A DNA stretch of 57,148 nt, the filler included, from Sphacelaria rigidula (lineage: Eukaryota), in assembly GCA_964200075.2 (NCBI GenBank). It is 4 parts of 4 records of this genome, joined end to end, with 100 filler letters (N's around TTAATTAATTAA, not from the genome) between each part and the next. Parts side by side here need not be neighbours in the genome. Positions count along the whole stretch, not along the records: positions 42,939 to 57,148 come from CAXNAA020002383.1; 3 more parts are not named here. One strand, 5' to 3'. Every line of letters starts with the position of its first letter. Within the stretch, counting starts at the first letter, position 1. The position numbers were made by a program, and so were the translations under genes. The notes under the pieces were generated by a model. It worked only from the letters and a program-made list of their open reading frames with translations. It did no database searches and was not told the DNA's origin. This document shows positions 46,301 through 57,148 of the stretch, one piece after another.

Positions 46301-49300
46301 AATATATTGGTATCGAGCAATGCGTAGTGGTCTCCATACACTCCCGTAAAGGTACTACGCGGGGAAGAAGAATAGCTAGCAGATGAGACTATTGCTTTCG
46401 TGTATCGCCTGCATTCATTCCGTCTTGACTCCCAAAAACGTATCGCAATACAATATAAGGATAGCCACACGCTCGCAACCGCTACAATCGAATACACAAC
46501 ACGTACAGGGACCATGGTACATGTTTACAGTGATGTATAGCCATTCCGTGTCATTCCCGTAAGCAGACGTGGTGCCCCTCTCGTGCGCTGAGCGTTATGT
46601 GCCCGAATTTACGCTGATCAGTACCGGTCATTCTTCCGCCGCGTACCTGCGCGGCGACCTGAAGAGCCAGCTGAGCAGATGCGTTCGCCGGGTCTTCTGG
46701 TTGAACTAACCTCTCTTTGCACACCATATCATACTGCGGTAAAGCGCCCTCAAAGTGGTATCTGCTACAGCAGTGGCAAGGGTGAACCCCCTTCAGGTCA
46801 TACATCATGTGTTGCAAATCATGGGAACGTTTCACCCACGAAGCATTCAAGGCTTACAAGTTGGACGGCTCCTGGGGAGTTTTGCCCATTGATACCGCTT
46901 CCATGGTGGATCACGCTTATCGAGAACAGAAATTACATGAACGAGAGAGCGAATGGGTAACGTTGGGGATAAAGCCGGTATCAAGAAACGCTCAGATGCT
47001 ACACATGTCAGATCTATCGCATTTGACTCGTTCTGTATTTCGTCAGTCCCTCTTGATGTGTGGCGCGGATTGGTTGTTCGAGCTCCTTGTGATACCCTTC
47101 GCTAAATACGGATCAACGCTGGTTGAACATCATCTCGAACTCTTCCCTGAAACAGCCAAACAATGCTTGCCAAGTGCGTCGCCGAAGACTGTGACATCAC
47201 TCTGAGTACACAAACCTATGCTGTCATATAGGTGGGACTGTTTCCAGATATGCTTTCGAGTCGTTTTCCAGATGCGGGAGAATTTCGGCATCCATTTTCT
47301 GTTTCCAGGCGAACTACACCGCTTGGTGCTCTGCATGTCGGCGGACAACACAAAGATCAACGCTCCGAAGCGTACGGTATCATGTGCACACTGCGTGATC
47401 GTTTCTGCTGCACTCGTTACCGCTGTTTCCGAGAATGCGCAGGGCTTTGATGCTAACCATTAGCTACCATACTGCGCACAGCGGAAAGACAGATGACCAA
47501 GGAATGTGTCTGTTTAAAATATTGCCCACATGATAACCTGAGCTGGCTTGAAGTGTCTCAAGAACCGGAATAGAAATTTTCACGTCATCCTCCTTCATTG
47601 ATACAGCGTATATTGTGGATCTCGTCATGGTCCTATGTGCAGCTTTGCAGTGCAATACTCACGTCTCTCCAGTAACGGGATCGAATATCCTGCCAAGGCT
47701 TCGCTTCAAGATTGCTGTCCTCGGCGCCTCGATGAATATCACCAGGTCGATTCCAGAAGGGAGTATTTCCTACGCAAAGTGAAAGCAGCATGTGTCACTA
47801 TTCATTGATTGGTTGATTGATTGATTATCGCACTCTAACTGACCCCCCAGGAATCTAGCCGTGGTTGCATAATAGACGCACCCGAGAAAAACAAAACTGT
47901 AACACTCGCTGAAGAAAAAGAAAAAATATAAAAAAGCCGAACAGAACGACATAGTAGACTACGACGTAATTAAAAAAAGTCAGCAGAAGCGAAGCACAGA
48001 AAGAAATGGCCGATCTAAAACAAAAAAAGGAAAATAATAGGAATTAAAAACAAGGGAAAAACCCAAGGTATTTAGGGCAGCAGAGTAGATACAGACACTC
48101 ACCAGTGGACACCGCAGAGCCACCGACTAAGGACATAATCAACAATGTCATACGTAGTGAAAGGTCCATGTGGAACGCGAGTACGGTCATTTTGATAACG
48201 TCTCATGAAAATCAACATTGCCAACTAACCTCCAAGCGCTCTTTCACGAGAAGAAACCCACAAGCACACGAGAGCATATGATATACACTATGTAGATACG
48301 CGGAGCGCATCATTGCGAGGTACGGCTAAAACATACTTCAGAAGGTGGAATTCACGACGTGCACTTCACCTCTGATAAAAAGCAGAACTTTTGGTGAGGT
48401 GGGGAGTACTGTACTCGGAGGGCGTTTCAGCTGTAAGCCTGACCAGCGGTGCACATTAATCAGAACGCTTCTTTCAACGGCCTCCTCTAGCTCGTGGTCA
48501 AGGGAGGGGGTAGAAACCCACCTTGAATGACCGTTTATCGGGAAAAGGATTTCATAACCGGACTCTTTCGTACGCTCGAGTCCATCCATGTGGAGAGTCG
48601 GCGTCACCAGGAGAGAATACCTTACATGATGAGAACCACTGGCGTTGCTAGTGTACCGTATATAGGGTCGATGCCTTGTTTAATTGAACCTCGGATACAA
48701 CGATGCCTTGTGCAGTTGCACCCTGTACAGGCCTATGCATTGTACCAACAATCAATCAAATAAAAAAAGAGTGTCCTGTGTAGGGTCGCCCACAGTACCT
48801 TATGTTCTACAGTCTCCGGCAGCACAGGTGTAGCTGGCGCAAGTCTAGAGGCGGCATCTTGCCTTGATGGCACGTGAGCTGTTTCATCGTAACCGGATAA
48901 GCATTTTTCCAAAACCGATGCCTGTGAAATGTAACGCATGCAGTAGGCGTGCGAGGGAACCAGAGGGGGCGAGCGTTAGATTGCTGAGAGATTCGCGAGA
49001 TTTGGAGGTTGCATAAAATGTGCCCAACGCATCGATGAAACGTTTAAAGGTTAACGCTTTCCTAGGCAGAGGATATTGCGTGGACGATTGTTTTCCAGTG
49101 CTTTTGAGGTGAGATTATCGTTTTATACTCCGCGTATTCCTACCCCGGCCTCATGAGTCGCGCAAAGACATGGCGAGAATAGGGCAGGGATTGCCCCACC
49201 AGTCGTGATTATGCCAGTGTCACGACACAATGGAATATGACATGCCTAACTTTACGCTACTGTAACCTATTCCAACACTACTATTCAAGCGCTGACTTCG

Positions 49301-52300
49301 TCCCAGTGTCGTTATATTGCTGCAGTAGTACCGCCATAGCACGCTGGCGTGAACGTACTCACTTGCTCAACGGTGCACGGAAAGTCGTCGATGATCCAGC
49401 CCATGTATGTCATGCCGCCATCATCTATAACGCTGCTCTCACTCCCCTCCTCTTCCGCCACCGCGGCTTGATTTTGCTGCTCTGTTTCTTTTATCGCTAG
49501 CACAAGCAGTTCGGCATACACCTGGTCTTGTTTTTGCACAAGAAAAGTCACGGCATGTGGAAAAAGGGGTTTGTGTCCATTGTGAACTGGTTGGAGTAGC
49601 CACATGGGATCTCGCTGGTGTTGCCAGCGTGAAACCAGGGAGGGTTTTGTCCGCTACTATAATAAGGCATGCGTAAATTTGATCTTGTTTCTCAAAAGGA
49701 TATGAGCCACAGGTCAGCTCATTATCCGTTACCCCGTGTTGTTGACTTCAATTAACAGCAACAAACGGAGGATTCCGATCAATGGAGGTTAAACATAAAA
49801 ATGAGGTTCAACTCCAAAAAAGTGCTTTTCCTGACCAAAAGTCATGACAAATTACTTCCATATGGACAACCTCATCCCCTCTGACCTCCCTAAAACTATT
49901 TTGCGGGGTTTCTCGTCTTCCGTTCCCCCAGAGGAAATGTGCGGAAGCACCATTTTCTGTCTAAAAAGCTTCCTTTTTTCACCCCGGAGTCGAGGCAAGA
50001 ATGTGCTTTCGCACATACCCTCTTGGGTAACGGAAGGTTGGAAACCCCCCAAAATAGTTTGAGGAAGGTCGGAGGCGATGCAGTCGTCCGTATGAAAGTC
50101 ATTCGTCAGGGGTTAAGGTCAGGAAAAGCACTTTTTTGGAGACGAACCTCATTATTATATTGAACCCCCTTTCTCAGCATCCTCTGGTAACACTCCTATA
50201 AAATATGAGATCCGATCGACAACACCCCGTCTACGAAATAGTGGAGTTGAAAAACCGCCATTTAGTTGGGGGCAAAAACAAGTTTAATAGGTGATGAAGA
50301 TAGAACGACAGCGCAACCTCAGCCTGCTGCAGCGTATGACGTGCACGTTCTTCTATGAAGAGCGTAGCCTGTATATTTCACTCTTTTGCCCTAGGGAAAC
50401 GCGGCAGGAGAAAACGACGAGAAAGTGGTCATGTTCTCATGTACACACTGTCCAACTTTGCGATCATTCGTGCAAACACCTAGCGCGAGCGGCTGTAGCC
50501 TGATAGAAATAACATACCCTGTCCGATACTGAGCCGCCCTGCAGCAGTGCAGAGCTAGCTTGCTGCCCTAGGGACTCTTCGCTTGTAAGGACTGCGCGGC
50601 CAGCCGCCATTGCGTTCGCCGCGATGTCCATAGCCTTTTGCGTTAGCTCCTCCGCCGACAATACCTGATCCAATTCGAGTGTTCCATATGAGTATGTAGT
50701 GAAAGTTCGTCACCATCTATCGTTTCAAGGTTATATCCCCAACCAGCTTCTCTTCAACGGGTGCTTTGCAGCATTTCCTCCAAAATAAGTCACACGTACG
50801 ACATAACAGCACAAGATCGGCGTACTGTTGAGCAGAGTATCTCATGCTCCACGATAGTAGATGTTCTAAACACGTCCGGGACACTCGTTCTACACTGAAC
50901 CGATACTCTACCGATTTGTGGGCAACTCCTGCTAAACTCGATAAATATATGATGAACCTTCCGTCGACTTGTTTTTACACTGAATAAATGGTCTGCCAAT
51001 TACACTGAATAAATGGTCTGCCAATGTTCGAAACTTATGTTCCATATCAACACAAAAGAAAATGTTTTACTCGACCCCTACAACTAGAACAGGACTCCCC
51101 TGTTCTTCACTATGAGCGTTCGCCCCAAGATTACTCGCTTCATCGAACCTCGTCTGCACGCACTAAATTCAGAACAAAAATGATTCGATATCCAGCACAC
51201 CTATACACAAATACGCGTACATAACATATTTAGCGCTGAGTAGGCGTTCCCGAATATATGTACGTATATTTTTGTGTTTTTACAAGCATATGCGAGACTA
51301 TCACCCTAGAACGTGGGTGGCGATACATTGTCTCTTGGGTTCCTAACGTGAGTGACAACATGAGCGACTAGGACGAGGTTGGATGTTCGTTCTTATGCGT
51401 GGAGTCAGGGGTGGACACAGGTGAAAGTGAGGAGACTTGCCTCTGTGGTCAGCTATTCCCCTCCTTGGAGTATCACGATAATCCGGTAACGGAATGGATA
51501 ATGATCCGAGGCGACAGAAATTTCATTCTAGAGAGACGTTCCCAGATGAATACGATATGTATTGGTCGAGTGTAGCAAGTGAGGTATACCGTTGCCACAA
51601 CTTTAGCGGAACGGATTTCCATCAGCGCATGGTACACACAAAAAGTAAGCGCCTGTGAATAACGCCACAGCGTCAAGTTTTTCACCAAGCATAAATGCTT
51701 TCCCCAGTCTACAGAGCATGGCGAAAGGGATCACCTGGCCTGTATTGCTGTGAGTAAGATAGCGGAATGAACTTTGAGCGGCAAAACTGCAGTTGGGCGC
51801 ATTCTCAACAGGTTGCGGTAAACTTCAGCTACGGCGGGGGAATCTGAAAAGCATCGCCGTGGGGCACGACGTTCCTGCACCTTAAGGCAATATCTTTCCG
51901 CCAATCGAATGGCCTGTTCACTCTTCCCTGTAGAGGTACTCCCGCCCATGCATATTCGCAAGCTAAATGCAGGTACGGCTGGAGGAGGGGGCAATGGCGG
52001 TAGCGGGTCGGCCGCAAGAGACACCTGTCCTGGGCCAAAACGTACAATAAGTGACGTACATAAAGGTAACAATGAGCTCGTGCGAAACAGTCCCCACAGT
52101 GTAGCCACATTTGGTTTATTTATGTCTTCAGAAAGGAAAAAAGGAACATTTTTCGTTTCAGATATCCAGAAATATGCACTTCGAATACTTTCAGATTTTT
52201 TTCCGAAAAAAAAAGAAATGTTGAAAATCATAAATATAAAAATGGTGGCGGTGGGAATCGAACCCGCCTGGAAGAGCTTGGAGTCCGTTGCTCGCTACAC

Positions 52301-54924
52301 AGTAGCAAATGAAAAATTCAAACACCACTTATTTGGAACCCATTACTCGTCAAACAGTAGCAAATTGAAAAAACAGATACCGCCCATACACTACCGTTTG
52401 GACGGTTTTACTATATAATCAACACGACAGGATCGTCACAATAGCCTATGTGGAATGAACGGCGCACCTCTATAACGCATTCTCCTAGTGCATGCTGCGG
52501 GTCAACAGTGCCTAGGACTTTGTCACAGATCGTTGTTCCATCCGCTGTCGGTGACCTCTCTTCCTCTTCCCTACCCATGGTCTCCGGCACAGTATTTGGG
52601 TCCGACTTCTTCCTACCATTCGACTCAGGGATCTGCAATGGTGCCAGCGGCGGTGTGACATGTAGACCACGAGCGCAAAAGGATCGGGCGAGAGGGATTT
52701 GAGGGGGGGTCAAGGGGTACCCGTACACCCTTTGGCTGAAGGTTAGTCATCGTTCGTGTGTATGTGCCAACACGAACGTCTGTGGCTTGTTTTGGTCTAC
52801 GAATGTTCCCGCAGTCGAAGAATCCCTCCCGTTCACTTGACCTCTGATTGAATCAGGAGTTTCATCCAAATTAGCAAGTCTTGCTCATCTGTGATTCTTC
52901 GTTATTTTTAGAACTTCAACTATCCCGTCCTACCCTCCTCGCCCCCTTCCCACTCGTCGGCACGAGTCCGTAGCTCCAAGAGATAACCTCATATCTCCCC
53001 CGGTACCTGCCGTGCACTCTTATGGCCGAGCATGGGGCCAGCGCTCATGCAGCCCGTTATCCTTCACCGAAATCCTATCGTCTGATCAAATCTTATATTC
53101 ACATTACCGGCCACAGAAGCCGGACAAAAGCTTCACTTGTCGAACTCAAAACTATATAATCTGCTCAAAGTCGTGTAATTCTAGGCGTTTGACCACGGGG
53201 ACGTGGGTATCGCAGTGTAAACTCTCACCTGCGGATACCGACGATTGGAGGTGCCAAATGAAGCGTGTTCGGTTACGAGATCATCCTGACGGAAAGGCGA
53301 TGTGGTGTGATCTTCTTGACACAATCGTGGGACGTCAACAACGCGTCGAAAGTTTTCCCGCATTGTCTTGACAAGCATCATGCTGTGATATAGGGGCAAG
53401 GTCATGGGTATCGCCTACCATATCCCATCCGTTCCTCACATACTTACTATGCTAATTTTTTTAGTAGCACCAAACGGCAAGCCCGCTGAACGTATCATCT
53501 GTGTGTGTCCCATTGCCTATCAGTTGGTAACAGCCGACTGTTTAGAGATAGGTAAGGTCGATGATTTTAGCGGCGTGAAATATCAGACATTCTACACAAA
53601 AACCTACGTTTTAACTCCGACCAGTGCGCCTTGCCAAATCAATCCAAACAATGTTTTGTATGAGCCCCGTTACGTTCTGTGAGTGTATCTCCGCCATCTC
53701 CGACTAACGTTTGGCTCCGTATAATGGCCAGTGCAACACGTTCATGCTCGTTTTTTTGCGGCTCATAGGGTATTTGTTTGAACGGATGATAAAGCTGTTC
53801 CGATTCTCACATGTACAATGTGACTACAGTACTGAAAGGTAGAAATTGTTGGTTTTAGTAAAGAGGCTTTTGACGTATCTTCATTTCTAAATGCTGCCAT
53901 CGCGTTGGCTTGGAGCGCATTGTTTCAGTCAATTCTTTGTGAGAGTTGTTGGCGTGATTCGAATCAGTACAGACAGCGGAGGTGATCCTCCGTGAACTTC
54001 AGCAAAAGATTTTGACGCTGTGTACAATGCAGTACCTTGTACAGTAGCGCCTTGTACTGTGTTCATGATGCCGTAGCACCGCTTATACTGCAAGACCATA
54101 ATGCAGCTTCTTGCGAGGTTGAAAAATAGCGTCCGGCACTATTTTTGTTGGTGTAGGCGATATCTCACGTAGCTGAAAATAGGTGACTTTGCTTCTAAGT
54201 AATTGGCTATTTATTATCATCATGTCTCAGTCGCTCATGGGAATGAGCCCGAGTGTCCCGTAAAGCGAAGAATGAGGCAAGAGGACGAGAAAGCGAAGGA
54301 GATGAGCTCCCAAAGTACAGTTACAAGGGTTTGCGTTCGTCAGAGCACATGTGCCCGTACTTTTGAGATCCCCAAATAGCCCGCAAATCGCATTTCGGGT
54401 TGTGTGTATCGGTGCTGCCACTTCACAGTGCCCGCTCATCCATTCGCTTGCACCGATGTCAAGCAAGGTGACACGAAGACCAGGCATGGAGAAATAGAAA
54501 ATAATCACTACTGGCCATGAGACAGACTCTAGGTTCTCATGATCGCACACGATTTCGAGGGTAATCTTCATCTGTCAGTCTTGTCCACTCGAGTGATAAT
54601 GCCATACAAAAGGCTTCTGGAGCGATGTTCTCGCGGGTTTGGATGCTGGATGATGGGCGGGCTCTGAATGTTGGGGCTGCAAAACAAGAACGTTGGCACA
54701 GCGTCTCCAGTAAAAATTATCACCAAAGGGTGATGGTGACCGATCTCTCCAATGAACACGTGTTTGGACGGACGTACCTCCCCCACGGAGTCTCCGGAAG
54801 ATTGGAGGGCGTGATCAATCGGTCCATCGCCTCCGATGCAGGAAACCGAATCGTCAGCAGGATGCCACAGCCCCGTCTCGCTTATGTAGTCTCGCAGCTC
54901 ACAATCGTCCAGGAACTGGGCTAC
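43306..54924 (-). CDS. SPEF2: Internal part (12 exons) of a SPEF2/CPC1-like flagellar central-pair protein with adenylate-kinase-like domain; 5' and 3' parts not in this contig
   Basis: Seen: in-frame spliced exons 54924-54778, 53285-53229, 52632-52468, 52024-51881, 50664-50518, 49521-49363, 48921-48799, 47769-47663, 46761-46647, 44999-44868, 43949-43719, 43479-43306. They give LDDCELRDYISETGLW...PAFSLRICMGGSTSTGKSEQAIRLAERYCLKVLSAEEL...LGQQASSALLQGGSVSDRVYAELLVLAI...GWIIDDFPCTVEQASVLEKCLSGY...SGIDLVIFIE...GRIFDPVTGETYH. The AK fold motifs are established knowledge; SPEF2 is recognised from the flanking motifs. Additional small exons may be missed. Confidence 0.82.
45450..45858. repeat. Intronic repeat built from short GATATC/GATG/CATC motifs (MITE- or minisatellite-like)
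   Basis: Seen: many GGATATCC, CATCTG and CAGATG words in both orientations; ends only weakly inverted. Confidence 0.55.
47804..48125 (-). mobile_element. 3' end of a non-LTR retroelement with (CAAT)n tail (second copy, intronic)
   Basis: Seen: reverse-complement homology to 42939-43199 (GGCCATTTCTTTCTGTGCTT, ATGTCGTTCTGTT, GTCAGTTA.AGTGC.A.AATCAATCAATC). Confidence 0.75.
49797..50155. mobile_element. Foldback MITE (same family as 7654-8009), intronic
   Basis: Seen: AATGAGGTTC..CTCCAAAAAAGTGCTTTTCCTGACC mirrored by GGTCAGGAAAAGCACTTTTTTGGAG..GAACCTCATT; arms pair almost to the centre. Confidence 0.85.
50976..51025. repeat. Perfect 25-bp tandem duplication
   Basis: Seen: TACACTGAATAAATGGTCTGCCAAT x2. 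Confidence 0.9.
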
Positions 54925-55419
54925 CTGTCAAGGTGCGTATTAGGGTGAAAACGTGAAAAGCGCGACCCGGACACCCTGTACAGCCATGGATAGCCTGGCA
55001 CACCTCGTAATTTGGGCGCTGTTGTCCTTTTGTCTTCACCACACGGTAACCGATGGAGACATTTATCTTGTGCAACGTAAATATCATGTGTGTCCGACAC
55101 CAGTACAACTTCGCCTTCGCCAGGGAGAGAGAGGACGAGAGAGACAGAATAATCAGCCTTTCTCTTTCTCTTTTTCTTCCTCTTCCTCTTTTTCTCTCTC
55201 TTTGAATTGTTATATATCACTTGGACAGCGTACGACATGCTTTTTGAAGCTGAACTCGGTGACGTATGCTGAATCCCGTGGAAGAAATTGCGTGAGCGAC
55301 GCCTCCGGTGCAGCAAGTTGAGAGTGTTTCGAATGCTGAAGAACCAGACACAACGGGCGGGATTTTCTAATGGGGATATTTCAAGCAGGAAGTGACCAGC
55401 AGGTAGACACGCTCGATTA

Positions 55420-55680
55420 GAGTCATGCCACGGTAGGGCTGCACAAACTATTCATGAGGTTCGAATCCTTAGGAGCCCTTCATCTCATCCGAAAGACGAG
55501 TCACGAAGTAAGTGCGAGCACCCCACCAATAATAATAGGATCCCAATGTGCTAGGGATATCTCGAGTCGATCTTAAAACGGGAATATCCTGAACCATATT
55601 CTTCTGTAACTCCCAGGTTTAGGAGCCCCTCAATGAGACACATCTGGGTCCAACTGTGCCACTCCGACCGTGGTATGAAC
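55420..55680. mobile_element. Diverged copy of the 7268-7531 MITE family
   Basis: Seen: GAGTCATGCCACGGTAGGGCTGCAC start, two TTAGGAGCCC motifs, ends ...ACCGTGGTATGA. Confidence 0.65.
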
Positions 55681-56099
55681 GGGCCATTAACTAATCCCTG
55701 ATGTCATTATTTACATAGTATTGGTAGCAACATACTACACAAAGTAAATATCGTGCTACAGATATGAACGACAGCAGGTACGCCCAATTACGGAGACTTA
55801 GACGGACGGACAAATGCAGCACTGCCAAGTGAAGTTATGCCTCAGTGGGAGTCAAAACACATTTGGAAAGGTGTTCCGAACGTGGGAAGAGTAGAAATCC
55901 GACGTAATCACTCACGGTTCGGACGAATCAGATCTCATACGGATTGCCTCCCCATGAATCTTGAATGCGAATCACGTGCCAATGAGTCATCCGATACAAA
56001 TCACGGATGGAAAAATGTACGTTCAAGGACATACCGCACGAATCACGAACTGGGAACATTCCAAGTAGTTATCAGACGAATCAAGAGTGCAACATATGT

Positions 56100-56435
56100 A
56101 CGGATCATAGTTCCTACATGAATCGTAGGTGGGAAACATGAGGTGGATAAAATGCACGTATGGTTCATGCTGCATGAATGGAAAATGGGATACATGCACG
56201 CTTGATTCATCTCGTATGGATGGAAGGAGGAGAACATGTACTTCGTATGTATGATTCATGCTGCACGGACAGAAATTGGGAAACATGTAGCTATGATTCA
56301 CCTCGTATGGATGGAAGGTGAGGGACCTGTGCCTATGATTCATACTGCATGGATCAAAGGGGAGATACATGTACGCTTGATTCACCTCGTATGAATGGAA
56401 GGTGGGACACATGTATCTATGATTCATGCTCACGA
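56100..56435. repeat. Minisatellite of ~39-bp units alternating as A/B dimers
   Basis: Seen: alternating TGATTCATGCTGCA... and TGATTCAYCTCGTATGGATGGAAGG... units. Confidence 0.8.
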
Positions 56436-56594
56436 ACGCACGGTGAAAAGCATGTACATGAATCACGTGATTCGTGCTGTGATATCAACAGGGAGAAATA
56501 CAGCATGTATCTATGATTCATATGCCGTACCAACGGAAGGTTTCGTACTACAATTGTCTGCCGTCCGCTGTACAAATTGTTGTACGGTACCATG

Positions 56595-57045
56595 CCGTGT
56601 TGTGCTGTGCTGTACTGTGCTGTCCACTGGCTGCAGTGGGCGCTGCCGAAGTGCTTCCGAAAACTCACGCGAACGTGTGGGGACGACTCTTGCACTGCTG
56701 GTGCTGTCTGAAGCTATCTTCGTACTATTCTTATATATTCAGGCCAACTGTACCGCAGAACAAGACATGAAAGCAGAAAGGCCGCCAATAGCTTAGATTG
56801 GGGAAACAAACAGGTAGAAGAATCACTCGAGGCACGCAGATGCATGCTATACCATACTGTGCCGTACTGTCCGCAGACTGCAGTGTACACTGCCGGAGTT
56901 TTCCCAAAACTCCCGCGAGCATGCGAGGACGACTCGTGCTGGTGCTGTGTTCTTCGCAAGTGTTCTTGGTGTTGCATGCAATAATATGTTTAGGCCAACA
57001 GCACCACAGAACACAACATGAAACAACAAAGGCTGTCAATCGCAT
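56595..57045. repeat. Diverged direct duplication (~200-bp copies, ~245-bp period)
   Basis: Seen: CTGCAGTG..CTGCCG.AGT..AAAACTC.CGCGA..GGACGACTC..AGGCCAAC..CAGAACA..ACATGAAA occurs twice. Confidence 0.75.
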
Positions 57046-57148
57046 AACTCGGAGGGGGGGGGGGGGGGGGAGCAACCTTTTTGTTTCATTCCGTAGTGAC
57101 AAGAACTTTCCCCGCCCCCCCCTACAAGGGGGGCACGGGGGGGGCGGG

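Noticed and set aside
46790..47650. MULE transposase fragment in a SPEF2 intron
   Set aside because: The motifs need several assumed frameshifts, and the apparent SWIM finger proved to be intron sequence abutting a real exon.
56100..56435. CRISPR-like array
   Set aside because: The units are contiguous degenerate repeats without unique spacers, in a eukaryotic context with no cas genes.

Overview
Eukaryotic, repeat-rich genomic DNA, most likely from a brown alga. This is inferred from kb-scale GT-AG introns, a flagellar gene and the transposon types. The window is not one locus: it is four contigs (14214, 14212, 14212 and 14210 bp) joined by identical 100-bp spacers (44 N, TTAATTAATTAA, 44 N). 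Contig 1 (1-14214) holds an ~1.77-kb near-palindrome carrying a decayed C2HC zinc-finger coding sequence, several MITEs, and a 4.9-kb Ty3/Gypsy chromovirus with both LTRs and a TSD. That element keeps gag, protease, integrase and chromodomain, but its RT core and most of RNase H are deleted in frame. Contig 2 (14315-28526) holds TE debris, a Tc1/mariner non-autonomous element and the large 3' exon of a KLHDC10-like kelch/BC-box gene. Contig 3 (28627-42838) holds a complete 5-exon gene for a 267-aa secreted Cys-rich protein made of two tandem domains, with a probable decayed tyrosine-recombinase element in intron 2, plus a SINE/SINE/piggyBac-MITE nest. Contig 4 (42939-57148) holds 12 internal exons of a SPEF2/CPC1-like flagellar central-pair gene, one apparently with a GC donor. 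Most ORFs in the supplied track are spurious.
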